A DNA stretch of 63,284 nucleotides. It comes from Roseomonas sp. (GTDB lineage: Bacteria; Pseudomonadota; Alphaproteobacteria; Acetobacterales; Acetobacteraceae). Under the pieces are notes generated by a model. The model was not told where the DNA came from, did not search any database, and was given only the letters and a program-made list of their open reading frames with translations. Made by a program: the position numbers and the translations under genes. Shown one piece after another: positions 10,298 through 18,422 of this stretch; the first letter of the stretch is position 1; every line of letters begins with the position of its first letter. The DNA lies in assembly GCA_020250005.1 (NCBI GenBank), contig JADCES010000107.1, positions 1-63,284 on the forward strand, in the 5' to 3' direction.

Positions 10298-11613
10298 CGC
10301 ACAAGCGCTGTCGCAAGAATGGGGAAGAAGGCGATCAGGATCAGCGCCAAGCCCATCACCGCCACAAAGGGCAAGGCGCCGGCGAAGATCGATTCAATGC
10401 TGACCTTGGGGTCAGCCAGTGTTGCCTTTACGGTAAAGACCGAAATGCCAAAGGGCGGCGTCAGCAACCCCATCTCCACTGCAATGATAGTGACAATACC
10501 GAAATGGATCAGGTCAAACCCCATCGCGGTTGCGATCGGTGCGCCAATCGGCACCATGATGAGCAGGATGGAGGTACTGTCCAGAATCATCCCCATCAGC
10601 AGGATGACAATGACGAAAGCGAACAGGAACCCGTAAGGCCCAAGGCCCAGATGCTCTACGAAATCGCCAATGGCATTGGGCACGCCCGCCATGGAGAGCA
10701 TGCGCGAATAAAGCCCCGCCGAGATCAGCAAAAACAGGATGGCCGCGGAAACTAGCCCCGTTTCACGCAGAACACGCCAGAATTTCGCAAGCGTCAGGCG
10801 CCGCCTTACCAAGGCAATCAGCAAGGCGCCGGCCGCACCCACCGCACCTGCTTCGGTCGGCGTGAAGAAACCCGTGTAAAGCCCGCCCAGGATCAGCGCC
10901 ACAAGCGAGAGGATGGGCACTGACTTGCCGAGCATTTCCGCCGGGCCCATCAGCTTTTCATCAGCCATCACAGGGCCGGTGGTAGCGTTCATGATGCGCT
11001 GGGGCGCGAAACGCGCATAGCACCAGATCATAATGGCGAAGCTGATGGCGATAATCACGCCCGGAATGGCGCCTGCGATGAACATGGCGCCGATGGAAAC
11101 CTCGGCCAATACGCCATAGACGATCATGAGCAGTGACGGCGGAATCAGCATGCCAAGAATGCTGCTGCCCGCGACCGTGCCGGCGGCGAAGCGCATGGAA
11201 TAGCCGTGGCGCACCATCTCAGGCACCGCGACTTTGGTGAAGACAGCGGCAGAGGCGATGGAAACCCCTGTCACCGCCGCGAATACCGCATTGGCGCCAA
11301 CGGTTGCGATTCCAAGCCCGCCCTTGATGCGTTTCAATAAATTCTGGGCGACATCAAACGTGTCCTTCCCGACATCGGAAATACTGACCAAAAGCCCCAT
11401 CAGGACGAAAAGCGGTATGGTCGCAAACAGATAATCCTGAATGCCGGAATAGGTCGCCATGGCGGCGAAGCGAAAGGCCAGATCAGGATTCTCGCGGATC
11501 AGCCAAACACCGATAGCACCAGTTGAAATCAGCGTAATGCCAATAGGCAGGCCGATGATGATCAGCGTCACCATCAGCCCGATCAAGGCGAAGCCAAGGC
11601 TGGTATCATCCAT
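10294..11613 (-). CDS. dctM: TRAP transporter large permease
   Basis: TIPLFVLMG, GMLIPPS, FTPTEAG and GLLTPPFG motifs; highly hydrophobic. Confidence 0.93.
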   Translation of the reverse strand: MDDTSLGFALIGLMVTLIIIGLPIGITLISTGAIGVWLIRENPDLAFRFAAMATYSGIQDYLFATIPLFVLMGLLVSISDVGKDTFDVAQNLLKRIKGGLGIATVGANAVFAAVTGVSIASAAVFTKVAVPEMVRHGYSMRFAAGTVAGSSILGMLIPPSLLMIVYGVLAEVSIGAMFIAGAIPGVIIAISFAIMIWCYARFAPQRIMNATTGPVMADEKLMGPAEMLGKSVPILSLVALILGGLYTGFFTPTEAGAVGAAGALLIALVRRRLTLAKFWRVLRETGLVSAAILFLLISAGLYSRMLSMAGVPNAIGDFVEHLGLGPYGFLFAFVIVILLMGMILDSTSILLIMVPIGAPIATAMGFDLIHFGIVTIIAVEMGLLTPPFGISVFTVKATLADPKVSIESIFAGALPFVAVMGLALILIAFFPILATALVR

Positions 11614-12160
11614 GGCGCGTCAGCATCCCGCGCAGTTCCGCGACAAATACCGCCAGATAGGCGATGCCCCCCGCCAAGCCCCCCAGCACGATCAGGCCAC
11701 GAAAGGGCCAGGTCGGTACGGTGAAAAGCCCCTGCACGCCGAAGAACTCGCGCAAGTTGATGGAATTCCACATGCCCGGCCAAGCGGCTTGCGCGATGAA
11801 GAACATCACCGCCGCGCCGATCAGGAAAAACAACGCCTCAAGCCCGCGCCCGAAACGCGGCGCCCAGGCCAGCACGCGCTGGATCAGGAAATCCGCGCGT
11901 GTCATGCGGCGGTGATAGATGGTGGCGCCAATCTGCAGAAAGACGATCCCCACCACCGAATGCGCGGCAATTTCCGCGACCCCGGTGATGGGCGCATTCA
12001 GAAAGGATCGGCCAATGACATCGGCACAGATCAGCAGCATCAGCCCAAAGGTCCAAATGGTGCCAATGGCGGCCAGGCCATCAAGCAGCATCCGGATCGG
12101 GCCAAATGGTTGCCTGGGGGCGGCGCTATCCAGCGCCGCCATATCAATATCATCAGCCAA
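11606..12160 (-). CDS. dctQ: TRAP transporter small permease
   Basis: About 4 TM segments, ADVIGRSFLNAPI; lies between dctP and dctM. Confidence 0.88.
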   Translation of the reverse strand: MADDIDMAALDSAAPRQPFGPIRMLLDGLAAIGTIWTFGLMLLICADVIGRSFLNAPITGVAEIAAHSVVGIVFLQIGATIYHRRMTRADFLIQRVLAWAPRFGRGLEALFFLIGAAVMFFIAQAAWPGMWNSINLREFFGVQGLFTVPTWPFRGLIVLGGLAGGIAYLAVFVAELRGMLTRHG

Positions 12161-12178
12161 GCGGGCAGGCCTTCCGGA

Positions 12179-13249
12179 TCAGGAAGTGACTTCGCGGTCC
12201 CAATTGCGCCCGGGCGTCTGGCCTGCCGCGCGAATGGCCGCGAAATAAGCGTTCAACACGTCCCGCGCCGCGGGGCCAGAGCTATCCACCCAGGTGCGCG
12301 CCAGATTGGGCAGGCCGCGGATCCAACGTTCACGCTCTGCCGCCGGCAGGGTGCTGATGATGGCGCCCTGGCGCTGCATTTCCGTCTCAGCCGCCGCGAT
12401 GCGGGCCGAGACATCGCGAATATGCGCCTGCGTCGTCGTTTTGCCCGCTTCCGTCATGGCGCGGCGCACGCCTTCCGGCCAACGATCAAAGCGCTGCTTA
12501 TTGGCTGCAATGCCGCCGACATACATCGCACCCACATCGCATTTCGTGATGTAGCGCGCCACTTCATGCACGCGGGTCGGCAGGATACCGACAAAGAAGG
12601 AAAGCGCGCCTTCTGAAACACCGGTCTGGATATCGGTGTAATAGGTGGTGAGTGCACCATCCACCGGCGTCGCCCCCGTGCCGGTCAACCAATTGGCGCT
12701 GGTGCCGGGGGCCGAGATTTTGCGGTTGCGCAAATCATCCAGGCTGCGCACCGGGAAATTCGACCAGATGTGATAGGTATCAGTGATGTAAGAACTCAGC
12801 GGCACCATATTGAGGCCGTTCCAATTCTGCCGAATGGCCGGCACATTCTGGTTCATCGCTTCGAATGCATTGGCGACCAGGGCGTGATCCCCGGTCGCGA
12901 ATGGCGTGAAATAGGTCACGTTCTGCAGCGGCATGGTGCTGCCTTCCCAGAGCGTACCGACATAGCCGATATCGGTGATGTTATCACGCACGGCTTCCAT
13001 CGTATCCTGGAAGCGGTACAGCGTGCCGCCATAGGATTCACGCCAATTGACGCGATGCGTATTGCCGCCATCGCGGAGCAGCTTGTCCACTTCCGGCTGG
13101 AAGACATTCTTCATCATCGACACCCAGAAATTCGCAACCGGGTGGCTGGAGGCGATGGTGATATTAAGCGCCGTTTGCGCGCGGCTATGGATGGAAAACA
13201 AGGGCAGCGCCGAAGCGCCCAGGATCAGGCTCCGTCGAAGGGTGGTCAT
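12179..13249 (-). CDS. dctP: TRAP transporter substrate-binding protein (DctP family)
   Basis: Tat-like LRRSLIL signal, YGGTL, SLDDLRNRKI; operon context. Confidence 0.88.
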   Translation of the reverse strand: MTTLRRSLILGASALPLFSIHSRAQTALNITIASSHPVANFWVSMMKNVFQPEVDKLLRDGGNTHRVNWRESYGGTLYRFQDTMEAVRDNITDIGYVGTLWEGSTMPLQNVTYFTPFATGDHALVANAFEAMNQNVPAIRQNWNGLNMVPLSSYITDTYHIWSNFPVRSLDDLRNRKISAPGTSANWLTGTGATPVDGALTTYYTDIQTGVSEGALSFFVGILPTRVHEVARYITKCDVGAMYVGGIAANKQRFDRWPEGVRRAMTEAGKTTTQAHIRDVSARIAAAETEMQRQGAIISTLPAAERERWIRGLPNLARTWVDSSGPAARDVLNAYFAAIRAAGQTPGRNWDREVTS

Positions 13250-13295
13250 TGCAAATCTCCCTGTTGTGGCGTTTTGCGAACGCCGTTGAATTTGT

Positions 13296-15692
13296 TCAGG
13301 CGATGGTGCCAAGCGCGCGCAGAATGCGCTCTGGCGTGAAGGGCTGTTCATGCACGCGGGCGTTCAAGGGCTTTAGCGCATCATTGATGGCATTCATGAT
13401 GGCCGCTGGCGCGCCGGCAGTGCCGGCCTCACCAGCGCCCTTGGCACCCAGCAAGGATTCGCGCGTTGGCGTTTCCACGTGGCCGACATGAATTTCAGGC
13501 ATTTCCGCCGACATGGGCACCAGATAATCGGCGAGCGTCGTGGTCAGCAGATTGCCCTCTGCATCATAGACGCAATGTTCGTAAAGCGCGCCGCCAATGC
13601 CCTGCACAATGCCGCCGCGCACCTGTTCATCCACCAAAAGCGGGTTCACGACGCGGCCGCAATCTTCAACACACCAATGTTCCAGCAGCTTCACCATGCC
13701 GGTGGCGGGGTCAACTTCCACCCAGCTTGCCTGAATGCCATTGGTGAAGGCGAAGGGATATTCCTTGGTGATGAAATGGCGCGTCTGCACCAATTCGCGC
13801 TGCAAATCCTTGGGCAGCGTATCGCCGCGGAAATAGACGATACGGCCCAATTCAAACAGCGTCATGCGCGGCTTGCCGCTGGCCCTGTCCGTGATTTCGC
13901 CCATCACGACGTCCAGTGCCTCGGGCGCTGCCTGCAGCATGGCGCCGGCCACTTCCAGGATTTGCTGCTTGAGCGCAATGGCCGATTGCAGCGCCGCTTC
14001 CCCGCCAATCCCCGCACCACGACACGCCCAGGTTCCGCCGCCATAAGGCGTGGTCTGCGTATCGCCGGTGATGATCTTCACGCGATTGACCGGCACGCCG
14101 ACGCCATGGGCGACGATCTGCGCCAAAATCGCCTCGGTCCCCTGGCCCTGTTCCGTCACACCTGAGGAAGCAACAATGGACCCATCCGGGTCCATGCGTA
14201 CCGTGCAGCCATCCTGTGCGGAAATGCGCGCGCCCCCAATGCCATACATGAAGGGCGAAGGATTGGTCAGTTCGATGAAGGAAGCAAAGCCAATGCCGCG
14301 ATAAATGCCGCGCTGGCGCGCTTCTGCCTGGTCCGCCCGAATGCGGTCCAACGGAACCATGTCCAACAACTTCTTCAGCGAAGCGTGATGCGACAGCCCT
14401 TCAAAGCGCATGCCGGGCGGTGAGGTATAGGGATAGGCATCATCACGGATAAGATTGCGTCGGCGGATCTCCACCGGGTCCATGCCTAGTGCTTCCGCCG
14501 CGAGATCCATCAGCCCTTCCGTCACTGCGGTCGCAATGGGATGGCCGACGGCGCGATACTGGCAGGTTGGCGTCTTGTTCTGCAGCACAACGGTGGTGGT
14601 GCAGCGGTAATTCTTGAAATCATAGGGTCCGCCGCAAAGATTGACGACCTGATTGCCCTCAATCGCGCTGGTGCGCGGATAGACGGAATAGGGACCGATC
14701 CCAGTCAAATCATCAATGTCAAAGGCCAGCACGCGGCCTTCCGCATCCACCGCCAGGCGGCCCTTGATGCGATGATCGCGCGCATGAATATCGCTCACGA
14801 AGGATTCAAACCGGTCCGCCACGAATTTCACCGGCCGGCCCATGATGCGCGCCATGGCGGCGATTGCGACCTCATCCGGATAGACATGCACCTTGATGCC
14901 GAAGCTGCCGCCGACATCCTTGCAGATCACCCGGACATCGCCTTCCTTCATACGCAACTGCTTGGCGAAGACGCCCTGCATCATATGCGGCGCCTGGGTC
15001 GAGTGATACACCGTCAGTGTTTCATCCGCCGGGTTGTAATCGGCGATGATGGAACGCGGTTCCAGCGTCACACCCGTATGCCGGCCCGTGACGAAGCGCG
15101 CCTCGACAACCTTATGCGCGGCGGCAAAAGCCGCGGCGACATCACCGGTTTCCGCCGTGCGGGTAAAGACCAGATTATCGCCAAGTTCCGGATGGATAAC
15201 GACCGCGCCGGGGGCGAGCGCCGTTTCCATATCAATCTGCGCGGGCAGGGCTTCGAATTCCACTTGCAGCGCGGCCACGCCATCTTCGGCTGCGGCCCGG
15301 CTTTCTGCGACCACCGCCACAATCGGCTCCCCCTGCCAGGTGGCGCGGTTGAGCGGCAGCGGATATTGCGGCGCGGATTTCATGCCCTTCAAATGATCCA
15401 GCGTCGCGACCCAAGGGTCGCAGATCTTCGCAAGATCATGGCCGGTAAAGACGCGGATCACCCCGGGCACGGCCTTGGCGCGCGCCGTATCAATGGCGCT
15501 GATTTTCGCATGCGCATGGGGGCTGCGCAGAAACGCCGCATGCAGCATGCGCGGCAGCGTCACATCATCCGTATAGGTGGCGCGGCCCTGCACCAGCTTC
15601 GGCACATTGGGGCGCGGCACGGACCGCCCGATATAGGAATTGGGCAAATCCTCCCGCGACAGACCGATGGAGGCTGGCGTAATCTCATTCAT
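13296..15692 (-). CDS. Xanthine dehydrogenase/CoxL family molybdopterin-binding large subunit
   Basis: RSPHAHAKI, DVGGSFGIK, QYRAVG loop and AKGAGEAGT motifs. Confidence 0.93.
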   Translation of the reverse strand: MNEITPASIGLSREDLPNSYIGRSVPRPNVPKLVQGRATYTDDVTLPRMLHAAFLRSPHAHAKISAIDTARAKAVPGVIRVFTGHDLAKICDPWVATLDHLKGMKSAPQYPLPLNRATWQGEPIVAVVAESRAAAEDGVAALQVEFEALPAQIDMETALAPGAVVIHPELGDNLVFTRTAETGDVAAAFAAAHKVVEARFVTGRHTGVTLEPRSIIADYNPADETLTVYHSTQAPHMMQGVFAKQLRMKEGDVRVICKDVGGSFGIKVHVYPDEVAIAAMARIMGRPVKFVADRFESFVSDIHARDHRIKGRLAVDAEGRVLAFDIDDLTGIGPYSVYPRTSAIEGNQVVNLCGGPYDFKNYRCTTTVVLQNKTPTCQYRAVGHPIATAVTEGLMDLAAEALGMDPVEIRRRNLIRDDAYPYTSPPGMRFEGLSHHASLKKLLDMVPLDRIRADQAEARQRGIYRGIGFASFIELTNPSPFMYGIGGARISAQDGCTVRMDPDGSIVASSGVTEQGQGTEAILAQIVAHGVGVPVNRVKIITGDTQTTPYGGGTWACRGAGIGGEAALQSAIALKQQILEVAGAMLQAAPEALDVVMGEITDRASGKPRMTLFELGRIVYFRGDTLPKDLQRELVQTRHFITKEYPFAFTNGIQASWVEVDPATGMVKLLEHWCVEDCGRVVNPLLVDEQVRGGIVQGIGGALYEHCVYDAEGNLLTTTLADYLVPMSAEMPEIHVGHVETPTRESLLGAKGAGEAGTAGAPAAIMNAINDALKPLNARVHEQPFTPERILRALGTIA

Positions 15693-16162
15693 GGCGTGGC
15701 CCCCCTGCTGCGGAACGTATCTTCAACCGCATCCACAATTGCCTGATAGCCGGTGCAGCGGCAGTAATTGCCGGAAAGATACTCGCGGATTTCACCCCGC
15801 GTCGGGCTGCCACCCTCGGCGAGCAATTCAGCCGCCGTCATCACCATGCCCGGCGTGCAAAAGCCGCATTGCGCTGCATTGCGCGCCACAAAAGCTGCTT
15901 GCAAATCCGCAACCTCGCCACTTTCGGAAAGGCCCTCAATGGTCACAACATCAGCGCCATCCAGCGAAGCCGCAAGGATCAGGCAGCCACGCATGATCTT
16001 GCCATTCACGCGCAGCGTGCAGGCGCCGCACACGCCGTGCTCGCAGCCGGCATGAGACCCTGTCAGGCCAAGATCAAGGCGCAGAAAGTCAATCAAGTGA
16101 CGGCGCGGTTCCACATGCCGTGTCACCTTTTCGCCATTCACGGTCAGCGTAATCGGGATCAT
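15689..16162 (-). CDS. Mo-hydroxylase 2Fe-2S small subunit (CoxS-like)
   Basis: GCEHGVCGACT, QCGFCTPG and CRCTGY motifs. Confidence 0.95.
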   Translation of the reverse strand: MIPITLTVNGEKVTRHVEPRRHLIDFLRLDLGLTGSHAGCEHGVCGACTLRVNGKIMRGCLILAASLDGADVVTIEGLSESGEVADLQAAFVARNAAQCGFCTPGMVMTAAELLAEGGSPTRGEIREYLSGNYCRCTGYQAIVDAVEDTFRSRGATP

Positions 16163-17025
16163 GCGGCTTCGACCTTTGGGCTCAGAAAACCAAGCAAAAC
16201 ACGCTCCGTCAGCACACGCGCCAAATGGCGCTTCATCTCTGGCGGGCCATGCAAATCGCGTGGCGGGTCCAGATCTTCGGCAAGTGCTTGCTGCGCGGCG
16301 GAGATGCTCGCGCGGTCAAGGCTGAGCCCCTCCAGTGCGCGGCACGCAGCCGCGGCCAGTACAGGGATATTGCCGACACCGAAATAAACCAAACGGGGGG
16401 CGACCACGCGCCCGGTATCCAAGGCCAGGGTCGCAGCCAGCCCCGCCATGGCATAATCGCCGGAACGGCGCGTGATTTCCTCAATGGCGCCAAGGCGCTG
16501 AGTCACGGGGATTTCGACCGCGGCGATGATTTCCTGTGGCGCCAGCGCGGTTTGCAGGAGATCGGTGAAAAAATCTGCCGCCGGGATGCGCCGTTCGCCC
16601 TTGGCGGATGCCGCGATGATGGTCGCTTCCAGCGCCACCATGCAGGCCGGCAATTCGGCTGCCGGATCGGCATAGGCCAGGCTGCCGCCCAAGGTGCCGC
16701 GATTGCGAATGGCCGGATGCGCAATCAACGGCGCCGCCGCCGCGAGCAAGGGCGCATGCGTCCTTACCAATGGATCACTGCAAAGCTCCGCATGCAGCGT
16801 CAGCGCGCCAAGGCGCAGCGCCTGGCCATCGCTGGAAATGCCGCGCAACTCGGCGATGCCGTTGATGTCAATCAGCGTGCCCGGTTCGGAAAGCCGAAAG
16901 GCGAGGGTCGCCAGCAACGTCTGCCCGCCCGCAATGATTTGCGCCGCGCTTCCATGCGTCTCAAGCGCTGACCACAGCTCGGCGAGGCTCTTGGCGCGTG
17001 CATAGCCCATAGCCGGCCATTTCAT
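16159..17025 (-). CDS. Mo-hydroxylase FAD-binding medium subunit (CoxM-like)
   Basis: AGGQTLL and IRNRGTLGGSLAYADPAAE motifs. Confidence 0.95.
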   Translation of the reverse strand: MKWPAMGYARAKSLAELWSALETHGSAAQIIAGGQTLLATLAFRLSEPGTLIDINGIAELRGISSDGQALRLGALTLHAELCSDPLVRTHAPLLAAAAPLIAHPAIRNRGTLGGSLAYADPAAELPACMVALEATIIAASAKGERRIPAADFFTDLLQTALAPQEIIAAVEIPVTQRLGAIEEITRRSGDYAMAGLAATLALDTGRVVAPRLVYFGVGNIPVLAAAACRALEGLSLDRASISAAQQALAEDLDPPRDLHGPPEMKRHLARVLTERVLLGFLSPKVEAA

Positions 17026-17192
17026 GCAGTGTCTCCCCGGTTTGTGTTGCGCGCTTTGATCATTAGCAGAGCCTGCTTGTCAAGCGAGGCGCCAGCCCGG
17101 CAAGGCTCTGAAATTTCAGTAATTTCAATCAAACTGTCGCCATGGCCCAACCCCATCGTTGCACTTCACCCCGGGCGATCAGGCTGGGATGT

Positions 17193-18323
17193 TCATGACC
17201 GGCGCAGGATGCCGCCCACCCCCACCATCGCCGCCACCACGGCGCAAAGCGCTGCCATGGCCCAGAAAATCCCGGCCCCCAGTGCGGCATAGCCGGGCCC
17301 GGATGCCAAGGTCAGCAGTGTTGTCATCGCCCCCACCGCGGCCCCCAGCAGCGTCTGCGCCGTGCCGCCAAGGCTGGCCGGCACGCGTTCCTGCAATAGC
17401 CTTATCGCCGCCAGATGCATGGCGCCAAAGGTCAGCGCATGCAGCGCCTGCGCGAAAATCAATGGCGGCAGGCTTTCGCTGAGCGCCATGATCGGCCAGC
17501 GCACCAGCCCCGCCCCGGCGGCGAGCAGGATCATCCCGCGGACGCCAAGCCGTTCCACCAGGCCGCGCCCCCAGATGAAGAGCGCCACCTCCGCCACCAC
17601 GCCCCAGGCCCAGAGCAGGCCAATCACCCCGGCGCTGAAGCCCAAAGCCTGCCAATGGATGGACCCGAAGGCGTAATAGGCCGCGTGGCTGCCCTGCATC
17701 AGTGCCGCAATCAGCATCAGCCGGCGTAGCCACGGCAGCGCCAAGGCCGCGCGAAACCCGCTTGCGCCGCCACGCCCGAAACCCTCGGCGCGCGGCAGCA
17801 AAAAGGCGGCTGCCGCGCCAAGGCCGAGCATGGCGGCAATCAGCCAGGCGGCACTCCCCGCACCCAGCACGCCCACAAGCGCGCCAGCGGCAACCGCCGC
17901 GACGATATAGCTCGCCGATCCAGCTGCACGGGCGCGGCCGTAATCAAAGCCGGGCGGTTCGCGGGCGGCGCGCAGCGCCATTGCGTCAGCCAGCGCGGTG
18001 GTCGGCGCCAGTGCCGCCGAAAGCGCCAGATTCACCAGCAGCAGCGCCCAGAACCCGGCGGCCATTCCGAATCCGGCCGCGAAGGCCGCCGCCGCGCTGG
18101 TGCAGCAAATCAGCACGAGGCGCGGATCACCCAGCCAATCCGCCACCCGCCCGCCCAAAGGCCCTGCCAGCAATTTCAGCGCACTCCCCGCGGCCAAAAC
18201 CGTGCCCAGATCAGCCGGCGTCAACCCGCGTTCGAGCAAAAGCGGCGGCAGAAAAGGCATCATCACGCCAAAGGCCGCGAATTGCGCGGCATAGATCAGG
18301 GCGAAGCGGGTGGCGGGGTTCAT
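17193..18323 (-). CDS. MFS transporter (HcaT/MFS_1-like)
   Basis: About 12 hydrophobic segments; YGRARAAGS, QGSHAAYYAFG and QALHALTFG motifs. Confidence 0.85.
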   Translation of the reverse strand: MNPATRFALIYAAQFAAFGVMMPFLPPLLLERGLTPADLGTVLAAGSALKLLAGPLGGRVADWLGDPRLVLICCTSAAAAFAAGFGMAAGFWALLLVNLALSAALAPTTALADAMALRAAREPPGFDYGRARAAGSASYIVAAVAAGALVGVLGAGSAAWLIAAMLGLGAAAAFLLPRAEGFGRGGASGFRAALALPWLRRLMLIAALMQGSHAAYYAFGSIHWQALGFSAGVIGLLWAWGVVAEVALFIWGRGLVERLGVRGMILLAAGAGLVRWPIMALSESLPPLIFAQALHALTFGAMHLAAIRLLQERVPASLGGTAQTLLGAAVGAMTTLLTLASGPGYAALGAGIFWAMAALCAVVAAMVGVGGILRRS

Positions 18324-18422
18324 CACAGGCCCGCCACCCTGCCCGTAGCCGCCACCATGGACAAGCAGGCCGCGTCATGCCACGGAGCGACGCGTTTTCC
18401 TTTCTTGGACATTGACCCCCGC

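Noticed and set aside
13296-17025. Calling the M-S-L genes an aerobic CO dehydrogenase
   Set aside because: Loop is QYRAVG, not AYxCSFR, so there is no Cu-binding Cys; no coxDEF accessory genes
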